Assembly (NCBI GenBank): GCA_023515725.1
Contig: JALDTO010000132.1
Span: 1 to 46,468, forward strand
DNA length: 46,468 nucleotides
Source: Amoeboaphelidium protococcarum X5
Lineage: Eukaryota; Fungi; Aphelidiomycota
Reading direction: 5' to 3'
Positions within the stretch are counted from its first letter, which is position 1; each line of letters starts with the position of its first letter. The translations under genes and the position numbers were made by a program. Below are positions 1 to 11,007 of the stretch, in pieces. The notes below the pieces were generated by a model, which was not told the origin of the DNA, did not search any database, and saw only the letters and a program-made list of their open reading frames with translations.

Positions 1-288
1 CCGGGTGCAAGGTGCAAAACACTACCGGTGCAAAAGAAAACAAGCGTTTTATTTGTTTTAAAAGAGTCAGATACAACTTTTTATCAATTCAGTTGATCAC
101 TTTAAACCCACGTAGATCTCGTTTCAAATCTCTTTAGGAGACCGATTTTCTCCAACTTTCGTTTCAGCTTGTTCTTCTTCTTTCACGAAGACGTGGCTGG
201 TTGTTGTAACACTTTATTGACATTTAAACTACCGCGTTTTATTGTGGTAAATTTGAGTTTATTAAGTATTAGGCGCAGATATAGCTAG

Positions 289-1320
289 ATGACACGCATT
301 GATGATCTGGAAAAGTAATTGGAGCTGGATTAGCACGACAGTGTTGGCTAATTGGAGCTCTTTTCATCTAATGATGATGACTTCTTGTGTTATCAACTGG
401 GCATCACCATGAATGAATTTAAATCCATTAGGAGCAGAATTGCATTTGAAATTGCTCCTTAGTCTGTGAATTTTTTGGATTTGGGGGAGGAATACCTAAT
501 AACTGGGAATGTGTGGCTGGATTCTCTATTTGCCTCCCATGGTATTCCCAGAGGACAGCTGATCGAAGTTGTCGGAGAAGCTGGCTGTGGTAAGAGCCAG
601 TTAGCCATTTGGACTGCAATTCAAGTGATAAAAACATTTGATCCATCCAGTAATGATAAAGTTCTGTACGTGTCTATTAACAAGCCGTTTCCTATTAAAA
701 GACTCGAGCATTATTTCAGTTCTGACTAGAGCCAACAACCGCATTTGATGGGTAAAATGTTGATCGTAAACTGCTATGACACCGAAAGCCTGTTAATTCT
801 GACATCAAAACTTGGCGATATGGTTAAATAAGACAACATTAAGATGGTGGTATTTGACTCGATTGCTGCAGTTCTGCGGTATCCTTATGATACAATGGCT
901 GATGGAAGCTCGTGTTATGTCAGCTCCTAAGACGTGATTCTTTAGTTTGCATCTACTCTGCAGTCTGTTACTAAAGATAAGAACATTATAGCTATTTGTG
1001 TAAATTAAGTGAGCTCTATCATTAGAGAAATTCCAGATTTTAATAGTACTGCATTTATACCTGACACTATCTCTACTGCTAATCAGTTGAAACCGGCCCT
1101 GGGTGATGCATGGTAGTCTTATGTGAGGATTTAATTGTGGGTTAAGAAAGCTGGTCATGGTGTCCGCTAGGTTATAGTTGAGAATAGTCTGGTATCATCA
1201 TCTATTTAAAATGAATCTAAGTTCACTATAAGTGATACTTCCTAGTTGATCGTTCCTCAGACAGATGTAATTGTAAACCAAGGGGATCCTTTGGTAGCTG
1301 GTTGTCATGGTGCTGACTGA
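289..1320 (+). CDS. Rad51 paralogue, XRCC3/Rad57-like (343 aa, TAR=Gln)
   Basis: Single frame ATG289 to TGA1320. Walker A GEAGCGKS, Walker B MVVFDS, CVNQV (Q=TAA 1006) and KPALGDAW, typical of XRCC3/Rad57. Confidence 0.85.
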
Positions 1321-1376
1321 TCTCAATTTCTTGCTTTTAAAGTTCTTTTAACTATTACAATGTATTTAATGTTGAT

Positions 1377-3398
1377 ATGTCTGGTGAAGAAGAATCTGTG
1401 AAAGTTATTGTTAGAGTCCGCCCGTTAAAGTAGGATGAGGAGAATTGTGTGTTGGTGCGAAATAATACCATAGCGGTCCTGGATAAGTAGTTTAGATTTG
1501 ATCAGGTACTAGATGTTAATGCCTCGTAATCTGCCACTTTTGACCAAGTAAGCCATTTAGTGAATGATGTTCTTAATGGCTACAATGCTACAGTATTCGC
1601 GTATGGACAGACTGGCAGTGGCAAATCACACACCATGATGGGAAATTTATCAGGGAATAGGGACAATGAAAGGAGTCAACTTGGTGTAGTGCCGCGATTC
1701 ATTAATTTAATATTTGACCAGATGGAATAACTCAAAACTAGTCAGTTCATAATTTATGTTACTTATTTGGAGATATTTAATGAATAGATTATAGATTTAC
1801 TCAATGATGAATCGGGTGGAAAGTTGGATTTGAAAGATGATGGTAAGGGCGCCTTTATTGTTAAAGATATCAGTAAACATTCTGTGACTTCTCCTTAGCA
1901 AGTGTTTGATCTTCTCTAGAGGGGAAACTAATAGCGGTCGGTTGGGGCAACTTTGATGAATGAGTGGTCTTCTAGATCCCACTCAGTGTTTACAATTTAT
2001 ATCGAAAGTTGTTAAATAGAGTTGTCTCCTGTCGAAAGCATATAATCCGCAAAGCTACGAAACGCGAACAAAGTTGTAGTTGGTAAATTGAACTGCATCG
2101 ATCTTGCTGGTAGCGAACGATAGAGTAAAAGTGGATCATCTGGAGATAGATTGAAAGAGGCTATGAAGATAAACTAGTCACTCAGTGCTCTGGGTAATGT
2201 CATTTCAGCGCTGTCATCACGGAAACCTCATGTGCCATATCGAGACAGTAAATTGACCAAGTTGCTTATGGATTCACTTGGTGGAAGTTCCAAGACGGTT
2301 ATGATTGCCACCATTTCGCCGGCTACTTATAATCTGGATGAAACGGTGAACACTCTGCGTTATGCTCAGCGTGCCAAGATGATCATGAACAAGCCATTTG
2401 TCAACGAGGCTGCAGATAGTCTTCTCAATCAGTATTAGGATGAGATGAAGTAGATTTCCTCTTAATTGTAAAATTAAAGTCGACTCTCGTTGATGTAGTA
2501 GAATATAGATCGTGAACGATAGAGATTGAGTCAATTGAAGAATCAGACTTCGGCAGAGAAATCCAGTCTTGAGTAGTCCTTGCATTAGCGACAACTAGAG
2601 TTGGATCAGGAGGTTATGCGGTAGTAAGAACTCCTGTAATAAGTATTTCATTGGAAACAGCTTGTTCTGAATCACGGTGATAATTTGATGCTCCAAGTTG
2701 AGAAAAAGGCTGCCTCTCTATAACAGGAACGGTAACGACTGTAAGAGTCTAAGTAGTAGTCTATGAGAGTATTAGAGCGTGTCAGCTCAGCCAAGTAAAT
2801 TGATTCGCTATCAAAGAGAAAGGTGCAATAGCTGGAGGAGTAGTCTAATCAGTAAAGAGCGTAAATAGAGACATTACTTGGCCAATACCTTCGTGTACAA
2901 CAGTAGAAGACAGAGGCTTAGTAGAAGCAGAGAAATGGCGCGTTGTTTTTTATTGAGTAGATCCAGACTTACAAGTCTTAGATGCAAAAGTTGGATAAAT
3001 TGATTGAGCGACTCCTGCCTGAATATTTACCCAATGAGCTTATATCTAGAGCCGTTTATGATGATGATGAAAATGACTGGCTTCTCCGATCAATGTTTGA
3101 CCGTGAGATAATTGCCCAGCGCCAGAAAGACACCAAGTCTACTCTCCGTGATATTGTGATTAGTCATTCATCCAAAATTCTTGCTGATGATAGCAATCTG
3201 GCTCTTGAACGCGGCATCAATAATGAACTGTAGAATCATAATGACTAGATGCCATTTCCCCGCAGCTCACAAGAATTTCTCGTTGCTAATGGTTTACTGT
3301 CGAAAGTGAGAAACATTGAGAGCACACCTCAGCCTCCAGCTTCACGTCCTACGTTTACACGTAGAAATCCTGGAAACTTGAATATTTAACGCTCATGA
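1377..3398 (+). CDS. Kinesin-2 family (KIF3/FLA10-like) motor subunit (673 aa)
   Basis: [36 protein letters not shown] (Q=TAG 2121) and [13 protein letters not shown]. Coiled-coil stalk, then a KIF3-type tail motif LIERLLP...[11 protein letters not shown]. Confidence 0.88.
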
Positions 3399-3501
3399 TG
3401 TAAAATTTCATTTTCATTTACTTAATGTTTGTGGTCTTTTACTTGACTTGTGAAAACTTCATCAAATTCAGATTTTAGTTCCCTCGGCTAAAGATCACAA
3501 T

Positions 3502-4227
3502 ATGAGCAACGAAATATTGGAATAATAAAAGCCTGGCACTGATAAACTTGATAACAAAGATAGAGACAAGTAGCACAAGTAATGTTAGTAATGGAAGGGA
3601 AATATACTTAAACACAGTAATATTTTATACTTCGAGACGCGTTTTATTGACAAGACATCGATCAGCGCAGTGTGTAGATAATGTTATGAAATTCATGATG
3701 AACTAAATGGAGAAAATATCATGCGCCATGAAAGATCAACATTTTATCTGTAGACCTTGTGAAGATGTTGTCGGTGGGCATTTCGCGCAAAATGAAGGTG
3801 TAAGTTTATCTATAATTCACGAGTATTAATGATGATGTTCTGATTGAACACCTTAATCATGTAGATCGTTCTCTGCGAGAATCGGTTATAAACAGAAACT
3901 TAGATGGCGGAAACTATGGTGCACGAGACTATTCACGCGTTCGATCACTGTCGGGCCAAGGTGGAGTGGGAATCTAATTGCGCGCATCATGCCTGCTCAG
4001 AGATCAGGGCTGCCAACTTGAGCGGTGATTGCCGGATTTGGAATGAATTCGGCCGCGGTCATTTATGGGATTTCAGATTGGCCAAGAAGCATTAGGATTG
4101 TGTGAGACGGCGCGCACTTCTCTCTATTAAAATGAATCCAGTGTGCGGCGATAATGCTGAACAAGTATTAGATAGCGTATTTGATAAGTGTTTTAATGAT
4201 CTAGAACCGTTTGATGAAATATATTGA
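3502..4227 (+). CDS. ATP23: Mitochondrial inner membrane protease ATP23 (peptidase M76), 199 aa; introns 3617-3677 and 3800-3864
   Basis: [37 protein letters not shown] (Q=TAG 4093) and C-terminal [15 protein letters not shown]. Two GT-AG introns restore the frame. Confidence 0.93.
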
Positions 4228-4271
4228 TCAATCGTCATCATCTTCATTATACTAGAGTGTGTGTTCAGTTA

Positions 4272-5591
4272 TCACTTTTTTAAGAATGACTTCACCGTCT
4301 CATCACTCTAAATTGCCTCTTTCACATCCTCTTCTGGAACGTTCAGGCATATCTACAGCGAGAGATCATCATTGAAGCCATGCTGATTCTTTGACTATAC
4401 AATAAGAATCCTCAGTTATCCAAGAGAAGATACCACGGATACGAAGCTACTATATGATGGAGGGGATACATTATGAGATCTACACAGGCCGACAGCCTTT
4501 TTAAATAGTTGACCCATAGCAACATCTGATACTCCATACTGGCTGATGAGATATAAAATGGCGCATAACGTGATTTTCTAATGAAGTGATGCAGCCTGCT
4601 TCAGGAAAATGGATGTCGGAGTGGAGTACATGGAAGCGTAGATGGCATTCACCAGCTGAACAGTGACGGCAGATTCATTACTACGCGCTGCATCCACACA
4701 GCGACGACAGATTTCTAAAGCTCGCCTAGCATCACCAGAAACTGAAGCCACACGTCTGGCGCATAGAGTTATAGCATTACTTTCAAACAATTTAACATCA
4801 GTTTTACCTTTTTAATTAAGCAGAAGATTCCCTACTCTATCATGACATATCTGCTCAATCTACTCGTAAGTGTAAGCCATAAATTCCACTCTTCTCAATC
4901 CCAACCTAGAATTATTCTTATTAGTTAGAGTGCGTTCAGGTAGATCCATAGTATTAGCTATAGCCAACACAATCAGAGGAGCATGTTGACGATTCTTGGA
5001 CTTTACAGGCAGATTAGGCCAATTGAAGAAATTATAGATTAGATCCTGCTTCTTGGTGATAAGTTGATCCATCTCATCCATGACAACTACGACTGGAGAT
5101 AGGTCGGTACTCTTTATACCAGAGCCTCCAGTGTGATGATAGTAGTCATCCAGTAAATGCTGAGCCTAATTAGCTGACACTTTGCGTTTATTCTAAAAGT
5201 CACCAGCAAGACATTTCCAGAGTAAAGTATATGCCATACCTGGATCAGCCAAAGTCATTCCATTAATTTCACAGTCACGAAATTTGAGTGGCTCTTCCGT
5301 ATCACACTTCAACTACCGCAACACTTCTCGCGTGGTGGACGTCTTACAAGTTCCAGGAACACCACTAATGTATATGCAGCAGCCAGTACCATCCTAAATA
5401 GCAGATTTCAAGTGTTGCTTGATCTATGCCAAATGAGGATCTCTATGAGGAAAAGCTCCGTCCAGTAATGAATAGTTGGCAGATAGTCTCTCCATAGCTT
5501 CATTGTACACATCAGTCACAACCTTGGTCTTCTTCTTGGACGGCGTGCCTTTGTGACTATTAGTTTCAAGTTTTCTTTTAGTTGGCGGCAT
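4272..5591 (-). CDS. ORC1: ORC1/CDC6-family AAA+ ATPase, ORC1-like, no BAH domain seen (439 aa)
   Basis: CIYISGVPGTCKT, VVVMDEMDQLIT, IANTMDLPER, VASVSGDARRALEICRR and an ORC1-like winged-helix end (LQICLNVPEEDVKEAI). An upstream exon cannot be excluded. Confidence 0.85.
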
Positions 5592-5911
5592 ATCTTTCTT
5601 GGATAGATAAGAGCAAAGATTAGAACAAATATTATGAGTTTTACCAAGAAGACTAAGATATTACCGTATTGCAGCTGATAGAAAGTCCCTAAAGAAACAG
5701 AAGGGAATAGAAGAGCTGAAACGTGAAATTATCGTTTCAGAGCAATGTGAAACTGCAAGGGAGATAAAGATTCCACTGACCGATAAAACGCGTCAAAAGT
5801 TTCGTCTTTTGAGGAGACTGCTGCTGAAACAATTGAATTGTTGAGAGAATTCCAACGATCATCATTGGTTACTTCTGCCCGTAGTGATATACATCTTTCA
5901 GTTAAGTAATC

Positions 5912-6760
5912 ATGAAGGCCGTTCAATGCGTTAACTTACTGAGTGATGATGGTTCATCAGTAGTTGTTGGCCCTGCATCATAAAAGAAGAATTTCAAGAA
6001 TCGACTGTCCACCAAGAATATCAGCACAAATAATGGGAAGGAAAATGTATAATAAAGTTCTTCTGGTACTGCCACTTAGAGAATGTAATTAAGTTATAAT
6101 TCTTTATCCACGTCTACTGATAATAATTCTACCTCAAGTACTTCCTTAAATTCTATACCACTTGATACTACTACTACTACTCAAGATGGTCAAAATGGAA
6201 ACAATGTTATTAATCGAGTAGAGTGTCCTCTGTGTTAGAAATTGTTTGATGACAAGTCTATCGTGTAACACGCAGCTGAATGTCAGGGAGGTGAGGAAAC
6301 TATCAGAGCACATCCTAAATCATCATCAAGGGATTCTTTTTACCACCAGCTGGACAACTTATCTACTGAAGATTTGAATAATATTCTAGATTTCGAATCT
6401 TAAAACTCAAGCGTGATAGTCTTGGATTCTCAAGTTGATGGCGTGTCTGCTGCGAATCAAAACAAATGCTCAACTAGTAGATCTAATTAAAATTTGAATG
6501 GTAGGCTCTTCTCTGAGAGTGAATAATTATCTCCTCTGAAAGGATTCACGCCACTAGATTAACTTCCACCACACGAGGCGGAGGCGTACAGAAATCATAT
6601 CAATTTACACAACAATGATGGTGGCGGCGATGTCGATCCTGATGGTAATGATATAATCAAAATCAATTACACTTATGCGAATGCCAAGAAGCCATACGCT
6701 CAGAAAAAGAAGTCTTCCGCTTACGGTAAATCTAATTTTCGGCGTTACAAGAGAAAGTGA
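5912..6760 (+). CDS. Hypothetical low-complexity protein with a Rad18-type UBZ zinc finger (282 aa)
   Basis: Open frame ATG5912 to TGA6760. VECPLCQKLFDDKSIVQHAAEC matches the C2HC UBZ4 pattern. Basic C-terminus resembles an NLS. Confidence 0.7.
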
Positions 6761-6850
6761 TTCACGTCCAACATTTCATAATGCTCCTTTATCTTTCTGA
6801 TTTGCTTTTACCTTTCTTGATCTCCCTGATTGATTTAAAGAATTTGTAAC

Positions 6851-7913
6851 ATGAGCGCTTAGAGATTACTGAACTGCCATCCACTTAGGAATCGGTATGT
6901 TATATCGAGAAATGTATCTTTACTATCAAATGCTGTAAGATAAAGGTCTTTGCTGTCACCGATAGTGACTGGTCGCAGACATAACAGCCAAACAAGCAAT
7001 TCTGACAATAACAATAATAGTGATGAGAAGTCGCAGCGTTCCATTAAAGAAGTAATTGATTATTGATTCTATATAGACTTTTTGAGTTGACCATAATTAT
7101 GTAGATGCTGAAAGAAGATATCAGAACCATTCCTAATATGCTGACAATGTCCAGGCTGCTATTATCGCCGGCTATTGGATATTGGATCTACGCGCAAGAT
7201 TATAAATTTGCGCTTGGAGCATTCGCTTTTGCTAGCGTGACCGATCTAGTGGATGGCTATATAGCTAGAAATTTTAATCAGAGGACTTATCTGGGAACAG
7301 TATTGGATCCTCTTGCGGACAAAGTGCTGATGACCACAGTTACGCTATCGCTTGCCACCACCAGTTTACTTCCCGGTAAGTATTTGATTGATTTGACGCG
7401 TAAGTGTTTAAGATTTTTGTTAATGTAGCGTATTTGGCTGCTCTGATTGTTGGACGTGATGTTTTATTGTCTGCAGCCGTGATGGTCTATCGATATATGT
7501 CTCTTTTCAAACCGGTAATGTACATCTTATTGTTAGATCATGTTTATGATTATTGTATTGATATAGTGTAGAGAACGTTTAAAAAATACATTGATCCCAC
7601 GATCCCCTCGGTAGAGATTAAACCAACTTAGATATCCAAATATAACACGTTTCTCCAGTTAGTTCTAATGGGATCTAGTTTAAGCGCACCTGTGCTATTC
7701 GGTGTGGAGTCTCATTGGGTTCTGACTGCCTTGCAATACACTGTCGCTGCATCTACGGTTCTATCTGGAGCGAGCTACGTGTTTGCCAAAGACGCAGTCA
7801 AAGTATTGAAGTAAAAGACTACTTCAGCCGGAGCGAAATCACCTGAAAATAAGGCTGCATCTGCATCTAGCAAGAATACTTCTAGCAGAGTAAATGCGGA
7901 TAGGAAAAAATGA
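6851..7913 (+). CDS. CRD1: Cardiolipin synthase (CDP-alcohol phosphatidyltransferase), 299 aa; introns 7052-7104, 7376-7428, 7515-7571
   Basis: TIPNMLTMSR, DLVDGYIARNFNQRTYLGTVLDPLADK, IVGRD and KPTQISKYNTFLQ. Arg/Ser-rich presequence-like N-terminus. Confidence 0.9.
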
Positions 7914-8123
7914 TGTGTTAGATTACATTCTATATGGATCCCTGTCTTTCAATTGATCATGATTGCTTTATACAACCATTTCTTGAATCAATCACCATGA
8001 CAACCAAACTGTGGTGGCAAACTCCCTTACCTCAACCTGTCAGTCTTTGATCATTAATATGAGGCTAATATCCTCTTTTCTTTTTATGATCATCATAGAC
8101 AATTTGAATTTGTATATATCAAA

Positions 8124-10674
8124 ATGTTGAAAAGCATCTATTTCTATGCCTTGCTATCTCTAATTTTTGCTAGTAAGTGCTGTAGTATAATTTTGTATAG
8201 AAACCACTTAATCCGGGAATTTTGTAGGCCATGTAATATCCACCGATAATATAATTCACCCGGAAGTATTTAAACTGACAGAAAATGCAGATAATGATTT
8301 TATTCAAGTAGAACTTGGTTTTGAGAGTCGGCTATTTGAACTGCACTTGAGACCTGCTAATGAAGTCGTGCACACTGATGCTCAAGTTTATATTCATTAT
8401 CAAGAAGACGGTGCTGATGTTGAGTAATACGGAATGTCAGAATATGAACTGTACCCATACTCTGGAAAAGTAGTTGAAAATAATGTCACCGTCGGATGGG
8501 TCAGGATATCATTCAATGACGACGATGACACTTTCAACGGGGTGCTCAGTATTCGCGGATTGAGCGATCAAGTTCAAGAATCGTTTCAGATTTTGACTGT
8601 GAAACAATATTAGAAGCACGTGGCGATTCATTAACTGCCCAAGTTGCAGCAGAAATTGAGACAATTGGTCGATGTTATATTGATTCGGGAAGACAAGTAA
8701 CATGGTGCTCATGGGGATTAACACACAGCATGTGGTGTGGACTTGAATGATCCAGTTCATTCCAATTTGCATTAGTAAGTTCTATCTAGAATCGGTGACC
8801 AGCGTGTAGTGCGACGACAGTCTGGTAAATGCTTATCATCACCAATGACCATGGTTGTTGATATTGTGGCTGATTGTAGCTATTTCTCATTGTTTTCCAA
8901 TACTCAGGATGTTCTTCAGTAGATTCTGTCTAATGTCAATTAGGCATCTCAACTTTATTAGGATACATTCAATATTATTTTGGCGATAGGCTCCGTTAAT
9001 ATACAGACAACCTGCAATGCTGATGAGGGGTAGTACTGGAATACACCATGCCGAGAGGATTATCCAATGATTACGCGATTAAGTGACTTTTCGAAATGGA
9101 GAGGTGATCAAAAATCTAGCTCAGGTCTCTTTATCCTTATGACTAAATGCAGTTTTGGTTAGACTGTTGGCGTTGCTTGGCTTGGTTCGGCGTGCCAAAC
9201 TACTGTTTCTGTTTAATAGAAAACCGGTTCTAACTTGTATCTGTCTGGCACTGCTGTAGTCTCCTCGTCTTGGTTTGAATGGGCAACGCTGGCTCATGAA
9301 ATCGCTCATACATTTTCTAGTGTCCATGACTGCTCCGCTGGCTGTGGTGGATGTGTTAGTCTTGACGCGTGCAAGTAGTGCTTCAATGGCTACTCAAATT
9401 GTCCGTGTTGCTCTTGTGGAAGTGGCGGATAGTGTGACTGTTAGGCAAAATATTTGATGAGTCCCACGTCAGCTGGTACATCCAACGCCTTTTCACCTTG
9501 TACGATTAACATGATTTGCGCTGCTAAAGATAGCTGGTCCAAGTGTTTGAAGGCTCCGAATACACAACGCTCACTAACGGCGAATATGTGCGGCAATGGA
9601 GTGTTAGAGTCGGGTGAAGAGTGTGATGTTGGTCGTCCTGGATCTTAGACTGCGAGTTAAAGCACTTGTTGTGATGCAAGTACATGTAAATTAAAGCCCG
9701 GTGCCTAGTGCGATCCTTTTAATTAGAAATGCTGCACTTCTTAATGTAGACCAAAGAAAGCCGGGGAAGTATGTAGAAAAGCGATTGGAGTGTGTGATAT
9801 TGATGACTAGTGTAATGGTATCAGTGCTGATTGTCCATAAGATGCCAGATAACCTGATCTGTCTTAATGTTATATCTCCAGTAAGAACATGACCGGCTAA
9901 TGTGCTAGAGGATACTGTACAAGCAGAAATTACCAGTGCTTAATGAAACAGCTAAATGGTGTCGTGGGCGAGTGTCCTGGTCATTCCAATTAATGCTCCA
10001 TGTTTTGTCGCGCCACCGGGGCTGTTGGTAGTTGCATTGAAGTGCAGGGCTCGTTTTTTGATGACGGAACCGCCTGCGGACTGAGTGGAGTTTGCGAGAG
10101 AGGAAAATGTGTACAGAGTGGATGGAGCGCATTTGTTGGCTTTATCAATGATCACAGCGGATTTTTCATAATCATCTTTGTGTTTTGTGGTACTCTACTT
10201 CTGGGTGTAGCGTACAAACACCTCCGCCGGTACTAGAAAAAGTAGGGACTTGGTTTGGCAGGATTCTCTATTAATTCAAGTCTTTCCCGTCCTAAAATGG
10301 TATCCTCATACTCTTAGTAAAATCTTTTGCAACTATAAGATGATAATGTTGAGGGCGATGATCAATCCACTATATTTGATCGCGATGAAGTAGTGGGCGA
10401 CCAGATGCCGCAATAGCCACCCTCTGGTAGTAACAAAAGTAGTATCAAATCATAATTAAAGAAGAAAATGTCAAAGAAAACTGATGGTAAGAATTTGACA
10501 TTGAACACACAGTAGAACGCCCCAGTTGCAGAAAAAGGACTCAGCTCTGCAAGAATTTCAGCCTATAGCCCTCTATCTCCGTCAGTTGCAACTTTTAGTA
10601 TGCGTAAAAACCAATCTTCGTCCAAAGCGGGAACATCGGGCGATACTAAATCCAACAAGACTGAAGAAAAATGA
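8124..10674 (+). CDS. ADAM-family metalloprotease-disintegrin, copy 1 (831 aa); intron 8173-8227
   Basis: Signal peptide, prodomain, RVVRR processing site, HEIAHTFSSVHD zinc motif, Met-turn YLMSP, disintegrin CGNGVLESGEECD, Cys-rich region, one TM segment and a cytoplasmic tail. Confidence 0.9.
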
Positions 10675-11007
10675 TTTTGTATACATATAAAGTATATTGA
10701 TATAATTGATGAACACTTTAACTACAGGTGCTGTCTTATTAACGCGCCATCCCAGCCTATAATACAAAACTACAGGCAAAGGTGAAGGAACGCGTTTGAA
10801 ACTAAAACAGATCAGAAAGTCTCTCAGCCACTTGACAACGGACTGAAGCGCCTCAACTTTGAATTTCCCTTCTTGGCGGCTGTCTAAATGTCGAACGTTA
10901 CACTAATCGAATTTCTTCCTGATTGGAATCGAGTTTCAATTCCCTAATTATAAGGTTGACGTCATTTGTGATCTACTTCTTTATTAAAATTCGGGAAAAC
11001 TTGAATA

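Noticed and set aside
1-35. Three GGTGCAA copies at the window edge
   Set aside because: Too short and cut by the boundary. Spacing is irregular, so it is not a CRISPR or telomeric array.
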